Shown piece by piece: positions 10,189 to 22,276 of a stretch of DNA of 32,000 bases. The stretch is taken from NCBI GenBank assembly GCA_000002455.1, contig DQ158858.1, forward strand, positions 30,001 to 62,000, given 5' to 3'. Origin of the DNA: Bigelowiella natans nucleomorph. Lineage: Eukaryota > Protista > Cercozoa. The notes beneath the pieces were generated by a model. The model saw nothing but the letters and a program-made list of their open reading frames with translations. It was not told where the DNA came from and searched no databases. Within the stretch, counting starts at the first letter, position 1; every line of letters begins with the position of its first letter. Both the position numbers and the translations under genes were made by a program.

Positions 10189-10897
10189 ATGCTCTTCAAA
10201 AGTAAAGAAGAGAACCTTTATCGATTAGGTGATATAGCTTATAAAATTCATAACGTTGTATTATCAGTTCGACTTGACAGTATTCTTGATTTAAAAAAAA
10301 TAGCACTTCGATCGAAAAATACTGAATTTAATAGTAAAGTTGAATAATTATAATGAGCGTTTTCATGGCTTAATTATGAGATCTAGAGATCCTAAAGCAA
10401 CTGCAATAGTTTTTAAATCTGGTAGTATGGTAAGGACAAAATTAATAGATTTGTACGGGAGCTAAAAGCGAAAAAGATGGTAAGGAAGCTATTCTAAAGG
10501 TTAAAAGAAATTAATAGTTCGTCAAAATAATAAGAAATGCAGGATTTACTGATTTAAAAATGCAAGTAAAACATTCATCAATAGAACTACAGAATTACTA
10601 ATATATTCGCAACAATGGATTACAAAGTACCTATTAATTTAATGCAAATACATATTGCTTTTCCGAGGATTACGAAAGTAACAAATTATGTAATAGCACG
10701 AGCCAGAAGTACATCGTGGCTTACTTTATTATCCCTTTGATACCAAACTGTTGGTGACAATTTATGCGTCTGGAAAGATAACGATAACAGGAGCAAAATC
10801 AATGAGTATTTTAGAAAGAGTTAGAAACAATCTAACGAATATGATTTTACAAATGAGAATACGAAATAATGATAGTGATAAGTTAATTTCATACTAA
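10189..10897 (+). CDS. tbp: TATA-binding protein, divergent, 5 phase-0 introns
   Basis: Not in the ORF track. Spliced: IHNVVLSV...LDLKKIALRSKNTEFNSK|RFHGLIMRSRDPKATAIVFKSGSM|ICTGAKS...HEPEVHRGLLY...IYASGKITITGAKS, i.e. both TBP repeats. Confidence 0.93.
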
Positions 10898-10901
10898 ATA
10901 C

Positions 10902-12276
10902 ATGATTGTTAAAAATTATTTTAAACTTAATTGTCAACATCATATCCTCTATAAACTCATATCACGAATTTCGTTGTCCATCCAGCGATGTTCTTCAACT
11001 ACTTTCTTTTTTTCAAAGTTTAATTATTTGGCATTTTCGTTTACTATCTCTATGTTACTTTATATTTTGCATCTCAAATTTCTTTTTTCATATTCAATTT
11101 ATACTCTAGGTCTTATAGAATTTATTTCTTTTAATTCATTGTTACAGCAGTTTTCTGATTTAAGAAGTCATATTTTAATGTCCAAGTATATTTAACTTCT
11201 TTAGATTATTGAGATGCCTTTTCATATATGATTTTGATTTATTGTCCACAACCAAACAAAATCTTCTTTTAAAAAGTAGATTTTATCTATATAGATATTA
11301 AATCTTTAACAAAAAATGAATTAGTTTTTCTTATAAGAAAAACCAATAATTCAAATTCCGAATATTTTTATAATTTTTTTCAAATGAAGTACTTTTATGT
11401 TATTTTCGACCCTTTCAAAAATTTACGGATAAATCATCAATTATTTAAGTCTACCTCCAATTTTAATAGAACCATAATTCTAAATCTTTCAGAAAGGTAC
11501 ACAAATTTATTTAGTATGTCAAAATCTAATATTATTTTAGACTTAAATAGGTATATAAAAAATAAAACAATTTTCCTATTGAATAAAAATTTTTTTATAT
11601 TTTTAAATATTTTGTTATTAAAAAAAGTGTGCGCTAAACATTCAGGCTTTACGGATTATGTAACTCTAAAAAGGTTGTTACTTAAAAGATATAAGTTTTT
11701 TATAAAAAGTAACCATAGTACATTAGTTACTGACAATTTTATAATCAAGTATTTTAATCTGAAATTAGATCTCTGGAAAAATATAATTTATGTGTGGAGC
11801 ACAAATTGTATATGATCAATGTATTAAATAAAATATTCTGGAGATTTTACTTTTATTTTAATGTTAAATATTTATTTGTTTTGGTTTATGGTTTTCTGTC
11901 ACTGGTAATTTAGCCTTTTAATTTTAAGAACTACTTTTACTTGATGATAAAATACATTTATAAGAAATTATTTGATTTATTACAGCTATTTAGGCTACGT
12001 TCTAAATGTGTTAGAAAGCACAAAATATCAATCTTAAAAAAAAAAAATAAGTACGAACAAAAAAGGTTAGCTAGAAATATTTTTTTTGATAAAGAGTATT
12101 ATGCTTTCTTTTTGATAATAATTTTAAGCCTTATTCAATTTATTAACTTACTTAGAAACTATTCCAGTAAATCATTTAATATAATGATGAATTTATTTTC
12201 TTTGGCAGTAATTTATAATAAAGTACTGATTGTTCATGAATTAAATGAGTTGATCAAAAGAATAGGAAATGAATAG
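10902..12276 (+). CDS. Hypothetical hydrophobic protein, spliced; 11944-12276 may be a separate gene
   Basis: ORFs at 10902 and 11384 are joined by two 19-nt introns, and a 20-nt intron extends the frame to about 11905. Joining to ORF 11941 needs a 24-nt GT-AG segment. Several hydrophobic stretches. Confidence 0.5.
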
Positions 12277-12372
12277 ATTAAAATTCACAATAAACACAAT
12301 AATCGTATTTTATTTAGGGGGAAACTCTTAATAGATGTTTTTATTAAAATGAGCTTTCTTAAAAGCTTCAAT

Positions 12373-14080
12373 TTACTCATTAGTTAATTCTAGAAAATTG
12401 TCGGCTAATTGTATCATTTCAAAAGCAGTTGAGAATGAAATCTATTATTTATAAATATACCTTAATCGATCTGGAAAAGCTCTTAGCATCTAATAAATCC
12501 ACATTACCGTACCTTCTGTCTTGAAAGATATTTAAGCTTTTATTAATGAATCTTTTAAAATGAGTAGTATTTCTGAAAATTCTTTCAGTAGATACAATAT
12601 CCAAGAACTCGTTTAGAAAAATTCTCCCAGTTGTTTCTGTAAATATTCGAGCTAGCTTCAGAAATAATTGAGAATAATCATTATCGATTTCGTATGAATT
12701 AGTATTCTTTCTAGAAAGAATCCTTTTAAATAAAATTAAAGATAAAATGAGAAAGAGCCTGTTTAGTCCTATAAAAACAATTAATACTTGGTAAATAAAG
12801 CTGGTTATTGTTAATATCCAAAAAACCTTTTAACATATTGGAGATCTCATTAATAAATTTATTAATTGCATTTTGATTATAGTGAATAACCAGGAAACAT
12901 ATAAAATTAGACATAGTTTTAATTTTAATGAATAAATGATTAGTTCCTATAATCTTTTTATGTTTAAGATTTTCTATGTAAAAAGAATTTAATAATAACT
13001 TATTCTGGTTTAGCTTGAAAAAATTTTTTCTGCAATTTCTATTATTTGAAATATCGATTAAATTTCTGAAAAATAGGTGTCATACTTATAAATCCGATGA
13101 TTTATTTTTGATATAACTATGATATTATAAGATCTTAAGAGACGAGTTAATATGTCATTTATTTTTTTCTGCGTTATAATTACACATGCATTGATACTTT
13201 TGATATGTTTTAAAAAATTCATTAAACTATTTAAATATTTTGTTGAGGAAGTTTCATCGAAATTTTTGGTGGTGGTGGGACGAATATTAATATCTTTCTT
13301 ATCAATAAAATCAAAATTGGTTAATACTGCTCGACAATTTATTAAAAATAAAGCGTTTTCTGATAACCGGAATCTATCTAGAATAAGACCTCTAATATAG
13401 AGAAGTTGTGTACTATAAGAAGATTTTTTCTGAGTAAACATAGTATATAATGGTTGATCTTTTTTTGATGAAGAAGTCCAATTGATGAAAAAACTTTCAA
13501 AAAAACGAACAATATCTTGAGTTTTTAATAAAATAATATTAAAGTTCGCTCTACATATGGATAGTACTGCATTAATAAAATAGTTTTTGTTACTATTTAA
13601 AAATCTAATGCTTACAATATTCATGATGCGTTTTATAGACTATTATTTTATTTTATACTTTTTTAATAATTAATTTAGTAGAAGCTCTAATAAATTCTAT
13701 TTGTCGTTTGTTTCTAATTAAAACATTAAAAAATTTATAAATTTCTATTGATTGAACAAGAATGACTTCAGCATTTTTGTAATAGTTATAGCGAATATTT
13801 TTTAATTTTCTTATAAGTATCTAAAATTAAATTTAATTACATAATAAGTAATATTGTCATGAAAAAAAAATTGAATTAACTTGATAAAGTCAGTGATTAT
13901 GTAAATATCATCCTTATGTATAAAAATCTATTCAGAAAAAGCAACCTTTTCAATTCCTCGTGGTCCTAAAGTTTTCATGAATAGTTGATATACATCTTTT
14001 AAAAGTTTATTCTTTTTATTTTTATTCACTGAAACAATACAGTTTTTTAATAATGATACAAATAGGACACCAGTCAACAT
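12373..14080 (-). CDS. CCT/TRiC (TCP-1) chaperonin subunit, highly divergent, 6 introns; subunit not assigned
   Basis: KTLGPRGIEK motif; apical domain YIRGLILDR...IKSINACVIITQKKINDILTRLLRSYNIIVI. Continuous frame after six 18-20 nt introns. Confidence 0.8.
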
Positions 14081-14131
14081 AGAAATAAATTGAGTTTTTC
14101 AATTTTTATTATTTGATTAAAACAATAGTTT

Positions 14132-15243
14132 ATGAATAAAATTAAGACTAAAAACAACTCGCATAAATGGCATTCTTTGTTAAGTACACTCAAGAAAGCA
14201 ATAAATTTAAAATATAATATAGATTGGATGAAAGGTTATAAAGAAATCTCTATTATAGAAACATTTCAATATGGTTTTATTGATTAAAAAGGTTTGATAA
14301 AAATCCTAAGAACAAGTAAAAAATTTTTGAATTTCAACAAAAGTTTTTTGTTCTTTTTTAATAAAAAGCAAACTAATACTTTTTTATTTAACATATTTTT
14401 CTTCTTATTCATATCATTATTGAATAAATATATCACTTCAATTGAATATATGTTTTGTTTACAATATATTTTATTGAAAAAGAAGTAATTATCTATTTCC
14501 ATAGTAATTTCCTGTATGATACATTATTAGTTGCGTCAGTGATGAAATATAGGAAACTTTTAGAAATTTTTCATATTTTTAAAGTATATCAGTTAAGCAA
14601 TTTAACCAAACTAAATAGTAAAAGAGATTTCATTAATCGTATTTTCTTATTTTTATTTTTATTAGAATATAAAAATGTACTTTTTTCTACTTTTACAACC
14701 CACTTTGTTTATTTAAAAAACTATTACAAAAATATATTAATAGTAACTTATTTGAAGAAAAAATCGAAACTTATTTATTATAAAGAGGTTCTATTAAAAT
14801 CTATACTAAACAACAATTCGATTAATTTGTTTTTATATCAAAAAAAATGTGATTTGAAATACTTAATTCTTTGGATACCAGATCTTAAAATGAAAAGGAT
14901 CCACAAGATTTTCTCCTATAAGTATAAAACTTTGTTTCACTTGTATATTCTTTTTTTAATTCCATACTATAATAGAAATAGTAATTCAGTTCATTTATTA
15001 CGAATAAATTTAAATATTGATACCTATTTTGGATTACAAAACTATTCGGTCAACTCTCTTACTTGTAGCAAACTTTTTGGCACATTCCATTTATTAAAGA
15101 TAGCTAGGATTTTTAAAACTTTTTACTTCATGAAACTCATAACTATACATAAACAGTAAAACTATAAAATTTAGACACTTTAGAATAAAAAATTATGTAA
15201 TTAACAAACAAAAAAAGTTATTTATCTTTAGGAATGGATATTA
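14132..15243 (+). CDS. Spliced hypothetical protein, possibly CWC22-like (MIF4G/MA3); 3' end unresolved, may extend to about 15530
   Basis: Exons are joined by 18-, 20- and 19-nt introns. The N-terminus KWHSLLSTLKKAIN...FQYGLIKIL weakly resembles CWC22 SWEALKKSINGLIN...GRGLL. Confidence 0.4.
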
Positions 15244-15540
15244 AGAGATCTTATCATAGTGAAACTAAATATAGGTGTTCATTTTTCATTATCAAAATGA
15301 TAAAAATTATTAAAACTAAAATGTATATTTCATAGAGTACATATTTAGTCAAATATTTTCGGCTTGAGTACAATTATTCGCATATTTTTTCTTCTTAAAT
15401 GAGATAAAGACGTGAGAATTATAAGGTAAGAGTATAATCGAAACTAGGCCATTTATGACTTTATAATTGGTTTATTATAGATTAAGGACAATCAGAAGTA
15501 CTACTATTTAAGATAGTTTGTGGATAGTAATTTATGCTTT

Positions 15541-16030
15541 TCAAATATATTTCTTTATTGATTTGTTTAACCTTTTTACTAATGAATTTAATTTAATCCC
15601 CATAACGTAAGTTTTGTTTAATAACGAATCGATTATAATATCTACACAAATCATTTTTGTTTTACTATGATCGATCTGTACTGGCACCCTTCTATAATCG
15701 TAATAAAGTGGTTCTAATAATTTATAAATTAATAATGGTCTATAATAAAGTCTAATATAAAATGCACCTATTCTAAGAGAATTTACCAAGAAGTCTGATT
15801 ATTAGATTAGAATCGTTTTTTATAAATTCTTTGATCATGGAGAAAGAAGGTTTAAATTCATGAAGCTTAATTACTAAACAAATAAATTTAGTAGGATATT
15901 TACCATTTTTAAGGAAACAACCAATACTAGATAAATTCAATGCCATTAAAAGCCATTTTTCAAAGTCAATTGATTCTAAATATATTTTCCAAAAGTATGA
16001 TTTTTTTATTCTTTTATCAACAGAATCCAT
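15541..16030 (-). CDS. prp38: Pre-mRNA splicing factor PRP38, intron 15768-15786
   Basis: RIKKSYFWK...PTKFICLVIKL...KP...IRLL|GAFYIRL...IYKLLEPLYYDYRRV. Confidence 0.93.
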
Positions 16031-16076
16031 ATCAAATATATTTATTGTTAAAGTAATAGTTATTTTACTAAATTTT

Positions 16077-18346
16077 ATGAGAATAGTACAACTTTAGTTA
16101 ATAGAGTTATTCATTAAAGCAAAAACTTAAAAAGATACTAGTAATTCTTGCTAAAGCATCAATAATTAACAAGTACAAAAATATTGTAAAGATATAACAA
16201 TTTGTCAAAAATATTTGAATTTAACTTAAATTTAGAAGATATAGATAAATTTAGTCCCACTTTATTTAATTTGTTTCATAAATATCCAAAAAGTTTTATC
16301 ATACTTGTAAAAATTTGTAAATAGATTAAAAAGTATCTTTCCCAAATTTTAAATATATTCTCTCAATCAAAGGAAAATAAAAACTATTCAATTTATTTAA
16401 AACTTATTCTTCAGAATTCAAATTGTGAATTATATTCTAGATTAATGATCGTTAAAGTCTAAAAAAAATAATAGCTTAACTTCTTAAAAACTCTATGTTT
16501 TATTAAAGGAATTATTACAAGATTCACAGAAAATAAAGTAATAAGACAAGCATCAGATAAAACTAACTACAATGAATGTTATTTGCTCTGAATGTAAGAA
16601 AATAACAAAGATAAATTGTGAATTTTTTTATGACCCAATTACTATTAATACATACGTCAGAACATTTCATCAAGTAGGTAAAAATTGTCTTTCTACTAAT
16701 ATAAAAGTAATAAACAAACTTAGCAAATTTAGCCAAGAGATAATGTTTAAAATATTTGTAAAATTAATTATATTAGGTTTCTCAGCTCTCTAATAATAAT
16801 CAATCTTATTTATTGCTTGATGGTTTTGTAGAAAGCCATAATTTTATTAAAGACTATGACGGTTCTTTAGTAACTATTCTAGGACTGTTGGATATAAGAA
16901 AAAAAATTATATCCGATATTAAAGGAAATGCGGAAAACAGTAATAATAAATATAAATTATACTTTAAAGTTTTGAGCAAGATTAATAATGATGAAATGGT
17001 AAACAAAAGTACAATTAAATTAAAGTAAGTATAATAATTATAGAAAATATTATTGGAAAAAATTCAAAAAAATTAGTAAGAAACCCACTTTATTGGAAAA
17101 GTTGTCCAGTTTTATAGCTGTTGATCTAAAAAGTTTTGATTACGTAAAAAAATTAGTCCTTGCATTACTTATTGATAAAAAATATAAGATTAATAACCAT
17201 ATTAAATTATTAGATTCAAATTATTTAAAAGTTTTAATTAGAGCAGATTCAAGTATTAGAAAACATTTATGGGATTCTATAAAATTCTTTTTCGATATTA
17301 ATGATGATTCACTAGAATTTTTTCAGAGCGTAATAATTATAGTCAAAGAAAGTCAATAAATCTAAACCCCTTTTTGAAACGACTCAAATTTTATTAAAGT
17401 TAAAAAAAACTGGAGTCTTGTTTATAACTGAAGAAAACTATCTTCAAATGAATAAGATTTTTTCTATCAGTAATATTCTTGAGCATGATTTATTTGTATC
17501 GTGCATTGGCCAAATAATTAGTTCTTTTTTAACGTCTATTATTGTTTTAGAAAACTTGAAACCTGAAATAATAAGAAAAGTATTAAAATTGTAAGAAGAA
17601 TTTATATGAGAAAGATTTTTTTCAAGCAAACGAAATCACAAATAGTTATAATATATTTTTTAATATAAATATGAATTCATTAGAAAAAAATATTCATTAT
17701 TTAAATAATATTAATATATATTTTTCAATCATTGAAAAGATTCTGAAAAATCAAAGAACGCTTGAAATCAATCATGTTTTTGTTATCATAATAGATAATG
17801 TTCTTGAAAAATTACCTACATGCTAATAGATTTTTTATACCTGCCCCGGTATCGCTAAAAATTATAAATTTTATAATAATACAATTAAAAAAAATGAGAT
17901 CAAAAAATTTTTCATTAGGTAAATCAATTTGTAAAAGGAACAAATTTCTACCTATCCATAAATGTCATACTATCGTTAGCATTAAATATCTCAAAAATAC
18001 ATATGAAAAAATACTTGAATAAAGATTTAGTAAATAGATCTTTATATATTTACTGTTTTAATGATTTTAAATTTAAGTTACAATACTCGGTGTTACCTGA
18101 CATATCAAATAAGAAACAGGTATTAAAATATCTCAAAAGAAAGTTTACGATAGAATAATCCACACTTTAATAGCTTCAACTATTTCGAAATATAAAATAG
18201 TATCGATTAATAAACTATTTTATTCTTTTAAGAGTCTTGGCATTTCAATATCGAGTTTTTATTACTCACTATGGCTCTTCCTTGTTAAGAAAAAAGGAGT
18301 TTTAATAGGAAATTATTTAAAATCTATTAATAACGCAAATAATTAA
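16077..18346 (+). CDS. MCM replicative helicase subunit (MCM5-like), ATPase motifs degenerate, 12 introns
   Basis: Spliced frame shows the MCM domain order: LNLEDIDKFSPTL...KYP; IKGIITR...ICSEC; SKF...GSLVTILG; FKKISKKPTLLEKLSSFIA...DYVKKLVLALL; FLKNYLHANR...KMRSK; then a winged-helix-length C-terminus. Confidence 0.75.
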
Positions 18347-18390
18347 ATACAGTATTTATAATAAATAATCAAATTCAGTAACTAGTATAA

Positions 18391-19019
18391 ATGGGTTAAG
18401 TTATTTATTATAGGAATCTCAAGAAGTAACATGAAAAAAAAAAAACTAACTGGCGGAAAAAAAAAGAAAATATCAAAAAAAAAAAAGTTAATATAATTTA
18501 ATTAGTCATAGCAAAGGAAATAATCCAACTAATACTGTTTTAAGAAGAGCTAACTTTATCAAAATGACAAGAGTACGAGGAGGAAACTTTAAGTTTAAAG
18601 CTATTAGTCTTGGCAAAGGATCCTTTCAATGGAAAACAATGGTAATAATAATATAATTAGCAACTTAGTAAAAATTCTAAAATTTTGTCGGTATTGTATA
18701 ATCAAGCAAACTTAAAATTAGTAAATTTATAAGTTTATAGGTTCAAAAACGTAATTTATCAAAAGGGACGATAATAAAAATTGATTCAATGCCTTTCATT
18801 AAAACTATCTTAACGAATCAGAGATCTTTTATCGATTTACTAAAATTTCAAATTGACAAAATGATCCTACTAAAGTTATTAAACAAAGGCTTATTGATTG
18901 CTAGAATTACATCTCGTCCAGGTCAAACAGGTAAAATCAATGGCACAATCATGGAAGACTATGATTTAAAATTATTTTTTAGAATAAGCAGAAAGATGAA
19001 AAAATTAATTCCATACTAA
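18391..19019 (+). CDS. rps8: 40S ribosomal protein S8 (eS8), 4 introns, first coding exon 4 nt
   Basis: MG|ISRSNMKKKKLTGG...TRVRGGNFKFKAISL...LSKGTIIKIDSMPF...LIARITSRPGQTGKINGTIME. Confidence 0.95.
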
Positions 19020-19067
19020 AAATTATTTAATTTTGAATAATTAAAAATTTTAATTAATGAAAAATTT

Positions 19068-22000
19068 TTATTCTTTTTCGAAAATTAAATGAGATCTTCT
19101 TGCAATTTTTAAAAGATAAATTTTTTGGGTAAACTTATTATATCGGCCTAATATTTCATATTTATGAACATCATCTAAAATATAACTTAAGAATCTTAAA
19201 CAAATTTTTATGTAGTTTTCTATAACTCTTTTTCTATTACAATTATTAGCATAAAAGTCATCGTCTAAATCTATCTTTATTGAAAGGTCATTTTTAGTAA
19301 TGCAGGAAAAACCTACCCAAGTGTTATCCTTTTCGTTGAATTTATATTTAGCTTTTTCACTATTAATAAATTCGTAAAATTCGTACTTTTTAATCATAGA
19401 AGTTTCAACGAATGATCTTATTGGAAAATTAAACATACTATTGTCGTGAATCATATTTAATTTTATTTCACTATTTTTATGTATATTATAGATGAGGTTT
19501 TGTATTAAGATTTCGATTAAGTTTAAGTCTTTAATCGAATTTAGTTTAAACCCAAGCGTATTTTTTAATCTTTGATTGCTAGTTAATAAAAAATTCTGGC
19601 CTATTTTGATAATATTTCTAGAAAATTTCTCTTCGATTTGTGAAAGATGATGGTTTGGCTTTGAGATAGAACTATAGTTTAAAGTTTGTTTTTCTTTAAA
19701 TAAAATATTAATAGACATTGGATTTTTTAAAAAATATTTTATTTGATAGTTTTTCGTCATTAAAAACTTTTCATAAAAAATACCAGTATCCTTTTTTGTA
19801 GTATATTTTAGTAGGTTAATTTTGTTAAAATAAAGATAGCTCAAATCATTGTTTGAGTAGAATGTTAAATTATCTCTATAATTATCTTCAATCTTGTCAG
19901 GTATTTCATCATAAATATTTTCATGAACTTTCATATCGGAAAAATTATAATATTTTTGATTATCGCTATTTTGATAAAATTCTTTGAATACTCTATTCTT
20001 AACATTCTCTAGATTACTTATATCACTTGAAATTTTATGATCCGGGGAAAATTTGTTAATTTTAAAAAGACAGTAATTATAATTTAAATTTTTCTCCATA
20101 ATATGAGACATGTTTGTTCTATTTTTTCTATAAATACTTGTTTAAAGCCTTATAAACTATTGAAGTATGGTCTGATAATTTTAAATTTAAATATTTTAGT
20201 TTTTTCTGTTTATTTTCTGTATATTGATTTAAAAAAGAATATGGGGTTGAAGTGTTAATTAAACTAACAAATTGAATACTCGTATTTATGTAAGGTTTAT
20301 TATTTAGTAACGTAGAAAGATAGTATAATTCGTATAGTTTTGGGGAATATTCAAGATAATAAGCAGTATTACTATTTTTTGCATGTACGCATTGTTTTTT
20401 CAATTCACTAAAATCAACAATTATACTTAAAAAGCTTTGTTTTTTTATAATCTGAAATTAGTACAAAAGAATAAAAGATACAAATTACATAATTGTATAA
20501 AATGCATCTCCATTTTTTGTCAAAGGTATGAAGCAATAGGTTTTTATAGTATAAGAATATCGGATTGTAAAGTTTGACATGATAAAAAGAAACGAATCGC
20601 TGATTGGTTTTCATAAAACCACTATTTTCTTTTTTATTATATGAAAATGAAGAAATTTCTTTGTTTATTAGATTAAATAAAAGTCTAGTTAAAAAAGAAC
20701 TAGAATGAATTTTTTTGTCCGATTTAATAGAATTTTTTAATGACTTTTTTTTCACTATTTTTTTTTCTAAAATATCATATTTCTTGTGAAAATTTAAATA
20801 TGTTTTCTTTATAGGAATTCTCTTTTATATTAACTTAATACTTTCAAAAACCAATTTGTTTTTAGATGAAAACTAATAGAATGAAATTCAGGATTCGAAA
20901 GTCTATCGTTAAAAATATTTTCATTTGATTTCATATATGTAAAATCATTTAATTTGTTTTTAGACAACCTGTGTTTTGATATATTTCTAATTCTTACATT
21001 AAATCTTTGAATCAAATTATTGAAGCAAAAAGTGTTTTTAAAATGATTATTTGCAGTATGTGAATTTTGAATATAATATTGGTCAATTTGTCCGAGCTTT
21101 GTAATACCATAACTAAAATCTAGACTAAAGGGATCAATTTCTCCTTGACTGCGATCTATTTCTTTTACTAATGAATCTGTTAGATGGTTATCAAAAGAAA
21201 TTTTCTACTTTTTATAATTCTACTTTAGTATATTGACGCAATACATAGTCTTCTTTTGTTCTATCTCTTGTATCATAAAATTGAGTATCGGTGTATTCAT
21301 GAGGCTTAGATAATAATGTTAATTTTGGTGAATAATAATTAGATTCAAACAGATACAAAATTAAGGCAGTATCCAAGTAATTAAAACTAGTAAATGCTTT
21401 TGGTCTTAAGATTCCTAAAATAGGTAGCCTTGACCCGAATTTCTATAAAATAAGTCTAGACTTTAATAAAAGAAATACTATCAATATGGGATTCATTTAA
21501 TTTTTTTAAATGTATATTTTTATTACTTTTTGCGAAATTAAAACGTAAAGTATAATCATCTTTTAAATGAAAAAGGCTATTGAAAAGCCCAGATCTTGAA
21601 ACTATATCAGTTTCATACTTAACATTCATAGAAATAATTGTATCGGATTTTTTAAAAAATTTTGCATATATATGGCTTTCTTTTTTACTATTCCTGTCCT
21701 GTTGTAAGGGATTCTCAGTAATAGTATTTGATAAAAAATTTTGCATCATTAAATAACGTTTATATAATGAATAGCTTAGAGGAATCTTATTGAGAGTGGA
21801 TTCTATAGAGAAATAGTGTTTGTATAAATCAAAAAAACAACCAAGAAAGTAGTAAATTTCATATCTAATATTAGAACAATTGATAATATTTAAAATATCA
21901 AAAATATTAGACTTCAGTAATGAACTCTTTATTGATTCACTCGCAACATACTGATTTTTAATTGAGTTATCGAATTTAAAATTACATTTTATTGAATAAA

Positions 22001-22259
22001 TATCAATAGTTATCTTATCTCTTGAACTTAAAACTGGCAAAGATTTTAATTTCTTTAATGTTAACGCATTTTTTATACTTTTATTGGTAAAAGTATGGTT
22101 TTTACTTGTAGTATCGATATAATTTTTATTTTTTAATATACTTAAGCTACTTAAATGGAAGGAGTTATTTTTAAATTGTTTATAAGATATCATATTTATA
22201 TTTTTTTCTTTGTTATTTCTTTTTATAATGTTTAATAAGTTTGAATATTTTAATTTCAT
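19068..22259 (-). CDS. Large orphan protein of about 1030 aa, 5 introns (start 22259, or 22328 if the upstream codon is used)
   Basis: Five separate ORF-track entries plus 21015-21442 join in frame through 19-, 20-, 20-, 19- and 19-nt GT-AG introns. No family recognised. Confidence 0.7.
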
Positions 22260-22276
22260 TAAAACTAAAAATACTA

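Noticed and set aside
11911-11922. gcctttta resembling U5 snRNA loop 1
   Set aside because: It lacks the complete GCCUUUUAC loop and a convincing flanking stem.
12277-12372. Short intergenic hairpins (tagggggaaactctta; gagctttcttaaaagctt)
   Set aside because: Too short and weak to call an ncRNA; no tRNA, snRNA or snoRNA signature recognised.
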